Below, in pieces: positions 1 through 13,544 of a stretch of DNA of 64,000 bases (its first letter is position 1; every line of letters starts with the position of its first letter). Position numbers and translations under genes: made by a program. The DNA is from Eledone cirrhosa. Lineage: Eukaryota. The stretch covers positions 269,142,001 to 269,206,000 of the forward strand of contig OZ024742.1 in assembly GCA_964016885.1 (NCBI GenBank). The letters are read 5' to 3'. The notes below the pieces were generated by a model, which did no database searches, was not told where the DNA came from, and saw nothing but the letters and a program-made list of their open reading frames with translations.

Positions 1-1664
<1,664 letters not shown>

Positions 1665-1736
1665 TCGGGAACAATTTTGACTAGCGCAAGTTCGTAATTT
1701 GAACTCGGGAATTTTATATTCTCCGAGTGAAAAGAT

Positions 1737-1821
1737 CCTTCTGACGAGAGTTTATCTTTGCAGAGGATGACCGCAAGGACTATCCATTTATTTTTGATAC
1801 TCTAAACCGATTCGGTAAAGG
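1737..1821 (+). ncRNA. Type I hammerhead ribozyme, copy 1 (GAAA mutated to TAAA, probably inactive)
   Basis: cctt-CTGACGA-gagt...actc-TAAAC-cgattcg-GTA-aagg. Confidence 0.7.
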
Positions 1822-2219
1822 TAGCCATAGTGAGTACAGTTAATTTTTTTTAATTTATTTTCAAACTTTTATTTATTTGCTAAACCTTGATTATATATGT
1901 TCTGGGTCGTTAATTTATTAACCTGCCATTGAACCACATTGGCATATGGTTGGTAAATACATGTGTCCCTAGACGCTTTTTGCGTGTAGGGATATATACT
2001 TTTTTATTATTCTCCTCTTGGTCGAGAAAAAATTTGTTCGTTCTGACTGCTGCTAGTTATAGTGGTAGTAGACTGACCTCCCTGCCTTTGCTTCTATCTT
2101 TACACACCTCACTGGACGGAATTGCTTCCACATCATTTATTCTCATCTCGGGAACAATTTTGAATACCGCCAGTTCGTAATTTGAACTCGGGAATTTTAT
2201 ATTCTCCGAGTGAAAAGAT

Positions 2220-2304
2220 CCTTCTGACGAGAGTTTATCTTTGCAATGGATGGCCGCAAGGACTGTCCATTTATTTTTGAGACCCGAAACCGATTCGGTA
2301 AAGG
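2220..2304 (+). ncRNA. Type I hammerhead ribozyme, copy 2 (intact catalytic core)
   Basis: Stem I cctt/aagg; CTGACGA; extended stem II capped by cc-GCAA-gg (GNRA) with one mismatch at its base; GAAAC; near-palindromic stem III ACCG-ATT-CGGT; cleavage triplet GTA at 2298-2300. Confidence 0.85.
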
Positions 2305-2702
2305 TAACCATAGTGAGTACAGTTAATTTTTTAAAATTTATTTTGAAACTTTTTCTTATTTGCTAAACCTTGATTATATATTTTCTGGCTCGTTAATTTA
2401 TTAACCTGTAATTGAACCACATTGGCATATGGTTGGACAATACATGTGTCCCTAGACGCTTTTTGCGTGTAGGGATATATACTTTATTATTATCCTGCTC
2501 TTGGTCGAGAACAAATTTGGTCGTTCTGAATGCTGCTAGTTATAGTGGTAGTAGACTGACCTCCCTCCCTTTGATTCTATCTTTACATGCGGCGCTGGAC
2601 GGAATTGCTTCCAAATCATTTATTCTCATCTCGGGAACAATTTTGAATAGCGCCAGTTCGTAATTTGAACTCTGGAATTTTATATTCTCCGAGTGAAATG
2701 AT

Positions 2703-2787
2703 CCTTCTGGCGAGAGTTTATCTTTGCAATGGATGGCCGCAAGTACTGTCCATTTATTTTTGAGACTCGAAACCGATTCGGTAAAGG
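2703..2787 (+). ncRNA. Type I hammerhead ribozyme, copy 3 (A6>G core mutation)
   Basis: cctt-CTGGCGA-gagttt...agactc-GAAAC-cgattcg-GTA-aagg. Confidence 0.7.
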
Positions 2788-2855
2788 TAACCATAGTGAG
2801 TACAGTTAATTTTTTTAAATCTATTTTGAAACTTTTTCTTATTTGCTAAACTTTG

Positions 2856-2947
<92 letters not shown>

Positions 2948-2949
<2 letters not shown>

Positions 2950-4612
2950 GGATAAAATTTGAACAGGGACAAAACAGAGAGGCAGTACAATAAATGTTTA
3001 TTAATTTCACGCTCAGGAGAGTGGGGGGTAGGTAGGGGACGACGTTTCGGGCATAAGCCCTTCCTCAGGTGAGAAGTGTGTGGGAACAGAGTTCAAAAGG
3101 TGTGTAAGGGAGTGGTGGAGAGACATATAGCGAAAGGAAACGGTGCGAATGAAAAAAAAACAAATAAAGATAAAAAATAAAAATAAAGCATGATCAAAAT
3201 ACAAGGAATGAGAAAATTTAAAAATAAAGGCATGATCAAAATAAACTGAAATTAAAAGGCGGGTAGACAGGTGGTGGAAGGGTGTGGGGTGAGTAGGGGT
3301 GGTGGTGGGTGGAGTGGGGAGAGGGAGACGGGGTGTCCGAGCGGGGAGGGCTGAAGGTGGTGTGTGTGTATAGGTGTGCGTGTGTGTGTGTGTGTGTGTG
3401 TATGTGAAAGTAAGGGTTGGAAGAAAAACGGGGTTGCATGTTCAGGAAGGGTTGTGTGTGGGGGTGTTATTGTGGGTCGGAGTGTCTGTACGTGTGTGGA
3501 TATTTGGAATCAGGAGGCTGAGGGTGTAAATATGTGGTGGGAAGCACGTGTGTGTGGGGTTTAAGCGTGTTGTGGGTCTGGGTGGCGTGTGGAGAAAACA
3601 TTTCTTTTTTGGGGTGTGTGTGCGGGTGAGTTATATAGGTGATTACGCAAGAGGATGGTTGAAAAGTTGGTAAGTTCCAAGGTTGTTCAGTAGATTGTTT
3701 GTAAGTCAAATTCTGCGTGTGGGTAATCCATGAAGTGGTGGTCGGAAGAGGATAGATGTGGGGTGCGCGCGCAACAGGAAGTGGTCAGCAGTGGGAGTGC
3801 TGTGGTCTGTTGGTGCTGGCAGGTGGCCAGAGGGCACAGCAGCAGTCAGTGGAATGGTAGGGGGCGAGGATGGGTAGGTGTGAAAGTGGAGTGAGGAGGG
3901 TGTGTGTGTGTGTGTGTGTATTAGTAGGGGTGTTAGTGGGATGAGTGAGTGTGGAGCGAGGGTGTGGGTGGAGTGGGGAGAGAAGGGTGTGTGTGGTTCT
4001 ATGGAGGGAGTGTGGTGTACTGGTGTGTGTGTAGTTTGATGAAGAGGTGTTATTGGGTGTTAGTATACGGGAGGTGGGGAGGGGTTGAATGCAGGTGTGA
4101 GTGGGGGTTAGTGGTGGTAGGGTGTGTAGAGTTGGTGGTGTACGAGGGTGTGTGGTACGTGTGCGTGGGGTTAGGGGGTGTTAGTGATGTTAGTTGCGTG
4201 TGGGGTGGGTGGTGTAAGTGGGTGCGTGTGTTCGTGCGCTTGGGGTTAGGGGGTGTTAGTGAGGTTATTTGCGGGTTGGTGGGATGGAGGTGTGGGGGTG
4301 AGAGGTGTGGGGGTGAGGGTCAGTGATGGTAGTAGGGCGTGTGTTTAGTGTGAGCGCGTGTATATATGTGCCGGTGGGTGTGTGCGTGTGATAAGGGGGG
4401 GGGAGAAGAGGGGAGGGAAGGGATGTTAGTATGTTAGTTGGGGAAGGGTGGTCAGATGAGGGGTGGAGTGGAGGTGTTAGTATTGTTAGTGTGGGGTGGG
4501 CGGTGAAAAGGAGGAGTGTGTTAGTGGGGGATAAGTGTGGGGGGAGGGGGGCAGTCGAACGCTAAAGGAATTAGGGTGGGGAGTTCAGGCCGGGGGGAGT
4601 GTGGGTCTGTAA
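2948..4612 (-). mobile_element. Penelope-like element 3' UTR / pseudo-LTR remnant
   Basis: C/A-rich low-complexity body on the - strand, ending in a minimal HHR motif (3041-3068) and AATAAA, bounded by (TA)n. Confidence 0.55.
3039..3070 (-). ncRNA. Minimal PLE-type hammerhead motif
   Basis: - strand ac-CTGAGGA-a-gggc-ttat-gccc-GAAAC-GTC-gt. Palindromic ACGT stem III, only 2-bp stem I. Confidence 0.55.
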
Positions 4613-4929
4613 GATATATATATATATATATACAGTTCAAGAGTAACCAATCTTAAAGAGAGGGATGGCGATAGGAGAGGAGAGATTGGTGAATTAGTTA
4701 GAAGCCAAAGCATAAAGGCATGTGCTCAATGTGCAATAAGCAGTGGAAAGCAGCTAGGTGGGTGGGTTCATGCAGAAGTTAGGCGCGCAGAGCTGGAAAT
4801 ATTCATTAGTTAAGAAAAAAAAGACCACAAGTTTCACAAGGAAGACATTATTAAAAGATTGTCAACATATTTTAGTTTGATGTAAGGAATGTAGAGAATA
4901 ATAATTATAATATTGATATAATAATATCC

Positions 4930-5048
4930 GTTTACAATTGTTTCGCTACTGCATATAATATTTCTGGATCAAATGACTATATATCATTATTGATCTGGTT
5001 GAGTTGAACATAATTATCATATTTAATGACAGAGCGGCTCATCGGAAC
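4930..5048 (-). ncRNA. Hammerhead motif with CCGATGA core and ~90-nt stem II
   Basis: gtt-CCGATGA-gc...gc-GAAAC-aatt-GTA-aac. Palindromic stem III ACAATTGT. A degenerate inverted copy lies at ~6768-6890. Confidence 0.65.
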
Positions 5049-5425
5049 TTCAAAGGAATATAAATTAAAATAAGGAATGAATGTTACATAATATAATGTT
5101 CCATATATTGGTACTTCACTATGGTGTCCTGGGTGTATCAATTGTCTGCCATAATCAAGCATCATTCATCTGTCGAGGCTGCATTGTCTGAGATCTGCTT
5201 ATGGCTAACAAGATGGCCGCCAATGGACATATTTACCTTACTAATTAGAGGGTGGTTTCAGGGGAAGTAACTCCTCGAGAGATTAGAAATTGTGGGTAGT
5301 TTATAGTTAAGTGCTAATTTTTTAATTTTTTAATTGAGAGACAATGTAGGGGAGGTATCTTATAATTACCGAAGTTAGATATAGCTATTTAACTTATAGT
5401 TACAAGTAAAAATGGGGCTAGATGA

Positions 5426-6762
5426 CTATGTTGGGTCAAATATTCTGTTGGCGAAGGAATTAGCCCTTCGATGTTGACAGCTAATAGTTACCTCCGTTCT
5501 CTCGTTAATTGGTAGCGGTCGTGATAGAGTTATGTAATATGCTTCGGTAATACAGAGATCACAATATTTTCTTCGTCCATTGAACGGTTGGGCCGTAGTT
5601 AAGATATCCCATGTTAGTGAGTGTTCAATGTTGTTTAATTTAAGGTTTTTAATGAGCCTAGCTAGAGATGTTGAACATATGTTGTTAGGGTCTCGGAAGG
5701 AAAAAGAGTGCGCGTTATAGCATATCTTAAAAGGGTTAGAGGTAGACCCGATATAGGAGCTGGTATTCGAAGTAGTTTTAACCGTGCACCTATAGACTAT
5801 GTTGGGTGTCAAGCAGTGTCCATTTAGTGGGCATGCATTAGGGTAACGGCAGTTGCAGTTGCTTCTGCGGTTAGTGAGAGTAGGGTAGTTTGACCTAAAC
5901 GGTTAGTCAGTGTTAGAACTTTAGATGGGGGAGGTGTGCTACTAGAGTAAGTATTGGTGTAGTGGCGTGGTGTATTTGATAGGGGTGGTGGTACCGCGGT
6001 GTGGGAGTTATACTGTCTTAGTTTATGATGGTTACTGAATGCGATGTGGCTAGCTAGGTTAGATGTTGTGGAGAATGAGATTTTAATGTTATTTTTATTA
6101 AATAGTTTGTAATATCTATGGTTGGGTGGGGGGGGAGCAATATTTAGATAGGACAGAGAAGAAGCGTTTAGGGATATTAGTGGCTAGATTAGAGGAGAAT
6201 GTGAGTTTAAGCGAGGTGATATTTCTAGGCCTATTCCTTCTAGGGGTTCTAGTGGAGTTGGTAGGGTCCTTACTAGGGTTATTATTACCTGGGGATTTTG
6301 TTATTTGTCATCCCATTTCTCATTCCTATTCTAGGGTTGATTTTCAGTTTGCTACTTGGAGTGGGGAGCAGGCCGCTGCCACCATTAAAGTTCCCTGTAT
6401 AGGTGCTGTAACTGCTAAATTTCCGGCGAATCTGGCTATATGCTAAGGTATTTCTAGTTCTAGTGTTAAGTTTATTATGGTGAATTGCTGTGTTATGGCA
6501 GTTAGGTATGTAGTAAATGGATTGTTCATAACCAGATTCAGAAAGAGCCTTATTATAATAGGGTGCATGGTTCATAAATATCTCCTCATTTGCTGATAGC
6601 ATGGATATCCTATACGAGATAGATTTGATTACTGCTCTGATGACTGCCGGTGGGTGGTTAGAGTGTGGGCTAACATATGTAAGTATTTCATCTGGTTTAT
6701 GGTAAGGGTAATATAGATTATTTTTAAAATCCAAGGTGACGTCTAGGAAGTTTACTGTTTTA
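5426..6762 (-). pseudogene. PLE RT C-terminus, CxCx5C linker and GIY-YIG endonuclease (frameshifted)
   Basis: VNFLDVTLD..YHKP..HSNHPP; CNCRYPNACPLNGHC; IVYRC..YIGST..FK.CYNAH; CDLCITEAYYI..NERTE..CQH. Confidence 0.85.
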
Positions 6763-7035
6763 TATGAACTTCCGATGACCCGCTCTGTCTTTAAATATGT
6801 TAATTATTTTCAACTGAACCAGATCAATAATGATATATAGTCATTTGATCCAGAAATATTATATGGAGTAGCTAAACAATTGGAAACGGACATATTATTA
6901 TTAATATTATTATTATTATTATCTACATTCCTTACATTAAACTAAAATATGTTGACAATCTTTTAATAATGTCTTCCTTGTGAAATTTGTGGTCTTGTTT
7001 TGCTTAACTAATGAATATATATATATACATATATA

Positions 7036-7410
7036 TTAGGATTGGTGCTCTGAAATAGCAATGTATACATGAATGTATGTATAGTATATTGGGCAATATA
7101 CGGTAAGTTTAAACATATGTAAAAACATTTTGTGCTATCATTTTTAAATTAGTGACTATGTCACTTACTTCATTCTTCCGGCAAAAGAAGATAGGGAATC
7201 AAACAGTCTGTTTCACACTGTTGGTGAAAATCATAGAAGCTGGATTCTCATAGAATTCGAGTAATAATCAGGAGCTGATTATACAGAGCGATTGCCAGTC
7301 CAGCAAAAAATTAAGAATTAGGATTGGTGCTCTGAAATAGAGAGATATACATCCTAATACATAATTTTTACTGGAGCGGCAATTGTTCTGTATAATCAGC
7401 TCGAGATCTT
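7036..7410. mobile_element. PLE pLTR remnant (same family as 19480-19795) with short terminal fold-back
   Basis: 7140-7340 aligns with 19555-19790; 7271-7325 is inverted at ~7351-7402. Confidence 0.55.
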
Positions 7411-7464
7411 CAAAAAGTTTTTAATTAAACATACGATATATTGTCAAATATACTATCCGTATAT

Positions 7465-7500
<36 letters not shown>

Positions 7501-7501
<1 letters not shown>

Positions 7502-8248
7502 TATACAAATGAATATATGAGGGATGAACATCTATACAATCATAGAAGTGTTCGGATTGCAAATGACCAAGTTAGCTAGGTTGAAAAAATACTAATTTAA
7601 CATAATATGGTTTGCAAGTCTCGATTTAAAACAGTAAATCAATAAAAATAACAAACCTATATTGGCAATGGCCGTGATACCTGGACAAATTTTAAATCTG
7701 TCTGACAAATTTTAAATATGTTTCGTAACAATTCAATATTTAATATTTACGGCTCCATGCGTTGAGCTAATTTTTAGTCCCATAAAACCGACTGCTATTT
7801 TTAGCGGCACGGATATGAGACTAGTTAGGCGCTGGGACACACGTGCGTTCAACAACACATGTTTCTCAGTCTTCTTAAGTATTATAAAGTGGAAGGTACC
7901 AATTTCTGGATACCTGCAGAAGAGCACAGGAATAGTAACTTTCACTTAATTTTTGCGAAACAAATTAAAAATTTGTCAAACAGATTTAAAATCTGTCCAG
8001 GTATCACGGCCATTGCCAATATAGGTTTGTTATTTTTATTGATATATTATTTTAAATCGAAACTTGCAAACCATATTATGTTAAATTAGTATTCTTTCAA
8101 CCTAACTAACTTGGTCATTTGCAATCCGAACACTTCTATAATTGTATAGATGTTCATCCCTCATATATTCATTTGTATTACACGGCGCAGAAATATTCCC
8201 TTCTTTGAGCTATTTAAGTGTAAAAGACTATTTCGAGTCTATAACTCA

Positions 8249-8250
<2 letters not shown>
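7501..8250. mobile_element. Fold-back PLE pLTR remnant (~230-bp inverted arms)
   Basis: 7501-7733 versus ~7948-8178 reverse complement; degenerate HHR (CAGAAGA-gc...gc-GAAAC...GTC); ~70-bp unpaired tail to (TA)n. Confidence 0.65.
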
Positions 8251-8280
<30 letters not shown>

Positions 8281-8282
8281 AG

Positions 8283-8375
8283 CAATAATTGATTCTTCTT
8301 TTGGCACAAGGCCACCAATTACCCAGTACATGACTGGTACCTTATTTTATCGACCCCGTAATGATGAAAGGCAAT
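8283..8375 (-). mobile_element. SINE 3' fragment (Nin/Deu-domain family)
   Basis: Reverse complement of GCCTTTCATC..CGGGGTCGATAAAATAAGGTACCAG..GGCCTTGTGCC; matches the copy at 28745-28935. Confidence 0.75.
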
Positions 8376-8689
8376 ATATATATAAGCAATAATATGTGTT
8401 AATTAGTCAAGCAATTGATCCCTGTGTTATGATGAAACGTAAGAATTCAACGGTGTGGGTACTATAGCCTATGACCAATATGTTTACGGAAGGTGTGTCA
8501 ACGTTATAAAAAATGAGAAGACAGACGGTATCATGTATACGATTTCAGTTTTATATGTCACAATGTTAAGCCCATTTTCCAGAAGTCATAATCATTTTGT
8601 AACAATTAATCCATTTGTTTTCCTCCTTTAATGCAATAGTATTTTTTTTTTATATGCTAGCCCTAATATGGAACTCAATGCTCGCTGTG

Positions 8690-11180
8690 CGGCTACTAGT
8701 GAACATGTGAAGCAGGAAAATTGTCAGGAAGTAGGTTACGGATCTGTTTAGGTATAGTATACGCCATTGATGACCTTCTGGAGCTTGGAATCATCTGCGA
8801 AGATTTTTATGCTGCTGTGTTTGATGATGTCATTAATGTCATTAATATAGATAATGAAAAGAAATGGGCTCAACACAATGCCTTGAGAGAGATAACTATT
8901 GACTTTGGCTGGGATGGATTTTACTCCTTCGACATAAACATGCTGGGCTCTGTTTGACAAGAAACACTTGATCAACTGCAACAACTTTCCTCTGACAATG
9001 TTGGATAGCTTTCTCAGTAGCATGTTGTGATCAACTCTTCTCAAAGGACTTGCTGATATCAAGGTAGATGACATCAGTGTTGGAGCCCTCTCCCAAACCT
9101 CTCAAAATGTCATCTGAGTGATGTGGTATCTTCGTTAGGCAACCCATTCCATTACGGGGACTCAAGTTGTTTGGAGTTCAGCAGGTTGTTGCTTTCGAGA
9201 AAGTGAGATATTCGTGATCACACCACCATCTCAAATACCTTAATGATATAAAAGGTGAGTGAGATTGGACGGTAATTCACGGCAAGGCATTTGATTTGAT
9301 TTTTGTAGACTGGGACAACAGACTGCCATAGTAAGTTTCCTGGTATATATCCAGCATCTAGTGAGTTCCTCCAAAGATTGGCAAGAGGAGATGCAAATTA
9401 GTTTCGAAACACCTTCAGGACACAAGCAAGTAGCCTATCGGTGCCTACTGCTGAATTGTGTTTAGTTTCTTTTATAGCTGCTAAGACATCAGGGGCGCCA
9501 AACGTTATATCCGATGTAGTGTGTGGGGGATTAACAGCACTGATGCAACCCAGAGCAGCTTTATGAGGATTTCTGAAATGAGAGCTGTATTATTTCTGTG
9601 GTATCTCACCCATGGTTTTAGCATAATCATAGAGACAACATTTTCAACAATTAGAGGGCCAAGAGTGGAGCCAGTGTGTTTTTCGCAAATGAAAAGGACA
9701 CTTTGGGATTGAATTTTATTTTCTCAATGGCTCATGAACTTCAGCTGCTCTTTGATTGTTGATGATGGGCATCACGCTGTTTTGGAGGTTATGTTTTATC
9801 GATTCTAGGGAATCAAATGGGATGGGTGTGTTGCTCCTGGCAGTATTTCAGTTTGTTGATTTTTTGTTAATTCTTTTAATTTTTCTGATAAATGTTCTTC
9901 TATTCCTAAGGATTCTGCACTTTGATTTGTTTACATATCTTAATGGGGTATGCTTTGCACATATATTTGTTACAGTGTCTACAAATGTCTGACATGATTG
10001 TTTGATATTAGTGGATGTGTGAGTGTACGTGAAAAATCAATCGACATGTGCAAGATCATGATTGCTCCCTTCCCAGTTTGCATCATGGAGATCCATGGTG
10101 TTAAATGGTTGAACTGGAGAGATGTCATTGGGTTTGCTTTTTGGACGGTGGAATCTCAGATCAGAGAGAAAAATGTCATGGTCTAAGAGTAGAGTTTTTC
10201 CATTGCAATACTGTGGATAGTGTCAGTGTGGTTAGTGAACATCAGGTCCAAGGAATGTTTGTTGTACCTTGCTGGTTGGAACCCAAGTTAGCACAGGAAA
10301 AACTCATCCATAAAGTCAAGAAGTGATTCTACTGCCTGAGGTGGAAAAACCGGGGGTGAAGCTGTTTTTTGTGTACCAGTCAACACCGGGGAGGTTTGAA
10401 GTTCCCCATCATTAAGATGTTGCCAGGTAAACACTGTTGGATGAAGCAGTTATGCTGTTGGGGCATTCTTTGCAGCATGGCATAGGCGTTTGGAGTGGCC
10501 TATAGAACCCAACTACTATTAAGTTGTTGGTTTTACTGTTCATAGTGACTGCTTCACAGTATACATTGGTAAATAAGTTCATAGCCGCTGTCGAAAATGA
10601 ATCATGTACAAAAATGGCAGTCCCACACTTTCCTCTGTCAGCGTGATCTGCACATATAGCTGTGACATTTTTCACTGTCACCTCGGATTGAGATGGGTTT
10701 CGGTGTGGGGTGGAAGGACTGATGCCTTGAGCATTAAGCAAAAATGCTGAAGCTAGAATGGGGGATGATTTTAATTGTTCTGTGGGGTTGTTTGTTAATG
10801 GCAGTAATGGGAAGTTGTGCAGTGAGGTGGTAGTGTATGGTGTTGCTGGGTGATGGCTAGAATGTTTCTTTGTAGTTCTTTTAGCAAAGTCAAAAAATAG
10901 GTTTCCTGTTCAGGGAAATGAAAGTGACAATTAATTGTGAGTATGCAATTAGTAAGTGTTTTATTTTTATTTTTATTCGTACGACAAGTCCCTGTAAGAT
11001 GGGTAAAAGGATAATTACGCTGCATACATCATCTCTCTCCCTGGGAAGAGGGGCAAATTTTGGGGTCCGTGCCTTAGCATTTGCTGACGTTATTGGTGGC
11101 TATGGTGGTGTTATTTTGAATGTGTGCTTTGGTGTTGGCTGTTTGTAGCGGCTTAGCGATTTTTCCCGGGTAAACGAGCA
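8690..11180 (-). mobile_element. Degraded APE-RT LINE of the CR1/L2/Jockey group
   Basis: APE start LNAQGI..GTAIFV..VVGFYRP; RT motifs YLDISK..VDH..LL.KL, QG.VLSPFLFIIYIND, IFADDSKL; many stops and frameshifts. Confidence 0.8.
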
Positions 11181-11210
11181 CATTTATATATATATATATA
11201 TATAAATATG

Positions 11211-11250
<40 letters not shown>

Positions 11251-11253
11251 TGT

Positions 11254-11290
<37 letters not shown>

Positions 11291-11299
11291 GGGGGGGGG

Positions 11300-11621
11300 A
11301 CTTGTGAAATACCAAACCTACCATGAGTTCATTGAAGTGTGTCGGACGGAGAGTAGCTGATGGACAATATGGCAAATATTGACCAGAATTTATGATGACG
11401 TAGAAAAACAACGGACAAAAGCAAGACAAGCGAGGAAGGTGTTTTTTGAAGCTAACATTCCAGTCAGAAAATTTGTTTCGAAAGTATTATCTGTGTCCGA
11501 CGAGCCTGCAGATCTAGAGTCAGACAGATCCATACAATGATCGTGTCTCGAGCTATCTGCCGGCGAAACGATTGTAACACCCAATAAAGTGAGTTCAGAT
11601 GCATCATTGATTTTACGTTTT

Positions 11622-11625
<4 letters not shown>
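11300..11625 (+). mobile_element. PLE pLTR fragment between microsatellites
   Basis: Contains an HHR (11493-11580) followed by AATAAA at 11583-11588. Confidence 0.6.
11493..11580 (+). ncRNA. Type I hammerhead with CCGACGA core
   Basis: gtgt-CCGACGA-gcc.gcagat...atctgc.ggc-GAAAC-gatt-GTA-acac; perfect 4-bp stem I. Confidence 0.7.
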
Positions 11626-11716
<91 letters not shown>

Positions 11717-11726
11717 TATGTAAACT

Positions 11727-12716
11727 ATCTATATATATAAAATATAGTATGTGTGAGTGTGTGTCTGTTTCCGCATAACTTCTAACACTTGCAATCGATT
11801 CTTTTCAAATTTTGCGCAAACATGCGTTATGATCCTGACCTTCGTACGAACTCATTATATTTTCCCTTTTGTGTGAACTGTGCCCTCTATAAGAGGAAAA
11901 TCGACCCGATTTTCTTTTGCCAATAACTTCTACAGTTTACATCCGATTCATTCAAATTTGGAACAAACATGCATTATGTTCCCGACTTTATTTCGGACTC
12001 ATAACATTTTGTTTAGTGCAACCCCTGGACTAGAAAAATTAAATCGAAAAAATCCGCATCATTATAACGCCTACAGTTTGCGACGGATTTCCTTTAAATT
12101 TGGAACAACTATACCGCATGTTCCAAAAATTATTGTGGATTAACCGATTTTTCGAGTTTTTATCTAATTCGGACCCTGTGCGAAAAAAACTAAATTCCAA
12201 AAAGTATCGACGTCAATAACTGCTACAGTTTGTGGCCGATTTTATTCAAATTTGCACTAATTATGCATTGTCTTCTGTTTAATATTTTTTACTCAAAAAC
12301 TTTTAGTTGTTCTGCCTATGGTAGCGCCTAACAGCGGAAAATCAACTCAAACGGCCACCCAAATTGCATTTACTGCTTGGTCCATGCGGGTTTATCGATT
12401 TCCCCACTTGCATAGCACTTGGTGCCCAGATGGTTAGTATAAAGGGCGCATTTCATAAGATATCGGTTGTACCCGAAAAAACTAATTGGTGAAAAAGAGT
12501 CAAAACGGATCTATTGAAAACGTCCCCGCCAACGGTTAGCAACAATAACACAGGTTTATTTTTTTTCACCAAAGAAGTAGGGCACATTACTACAACCTAT
12601 GTTTCCGCACCATGTGCACAACTCACAATCATATTTGATTTGTTTTATCTATACGTTTTTCTACACTTTTGAAGTTTAATTTGTCCAACCCCATGCTACG
12701 CTGAGCTTCACTGCTA
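11727..12716 (+). mobile_element. Probable non-autonomous Helitron-type element with internal ~145-bp subrepeats
   Basis: 5' TCTATATATATAAAA followed by GTGTGTCTGT. Motif ATAAC..CTACAGTTT..CCGATT...TCAAATTTG recurs at ~11776, 11922, 12064 and 12217. 3' end GCTACGCTGAGC..CTGCTA resembles the hairpin-CTAG end, imperfectly. Confidence 0.5.
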
Positions 12717-13106
12717 TATATATATATATAATGTGTGTGTGCATCTGTATATATATGTATACATTTCTGTTTTTCTGTGTGTATGTGTATGTATATATAT
12801 ATACTGTTAGCGACTACGAAAGTGGGCGGAAACTACCAGTGTCGTTGTTTATGATTTACATAGTAAGCTATGTAACTCAGACAAAGGGAGGCTGTGAATA
12901 AAATAAGAGTTACAAAAATTAAATAGTAATAATAAGTTAACAACAATATGCAGTTGTACTTATGTACCATAATTATAAACCTTTATTATAACCATATAAG
13001 CTTGATTGGCTGGGCTAATACATGGGTGCATATATGCATACACACGCATACTCATAGGTAGATTACATACATATAAATATATATATACAATCACACACCT
13101 ATATGA

Positions 13107-13173
<67 letters not shown>

Positions 13174-13544
13174 CGTACATATACATACATACGTACACAC
13201 ACATATACATAAATATATATACTCGCAAACACAGACACACACATGCATACATACGTAAGTACATACTTATATATATACATACACATGTGTACATATACAG
13301 GCATACATGTATTCACATATACATACAAACCTACATACATACGCACTTACACTCAAAAATACATGCACACATACATACATACACACATATACATACGCAC
13401 AATATTTTCCTCTGGTGTATAGCTCTCTATATATAACATTTGCCGTCTCTCTGTCTGTTCATATGGACTAAATCAAATCAAATTTTACAAGTTTAATATT
13501 AATACCCCGGGAGTGTCAACATTTCATTTTATTTTCAAAAAATA

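Larger units (their letters stand above)
1661..2860 (+). mobile_element. ~2.5 tandem copies of a 483-bp unit, each with a type I hammerhead ribozyme (non-LTR retrozyme-like or tandem PLE pLTR array)
   Basis: CTGACGA/CTGGCGA cores at 1741, 2224 and 2707 (period 483). GAACCACATTGGCATATGG at 1931 and 2414. Flanked by (TA)n on both sides; no RT-like coding sequence. Confidence 0.8.
4633..7017 (-). mobile_element. 5'-truncated Naiad-type Penelope-like element with inverted partial pLTR
   Basis: RT thumb and GIY-YIG remnants at 5426-6762. 4800-5050 is the reverse complement of ~6765-7017. (TA)n flanks. Confidence 0.85.

Noticed and set aside
1929-2794. Paired 83-84 aa ORFs in the 483-bp unit, and the unit length being divisible by 3 (endless rolling-circle ORF idea)
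   Set aside because: The ORFs recur only because the unit is duplicated. They have no recognisable domain and end in stops, and no frame stays open across the unit.
1661-2860. CRISPR-like or rRNA/tRNA gene array
   Set aside because: The units are long and collinear with no unique spacers or cas genes, and show no rRNA or tRNA signature.
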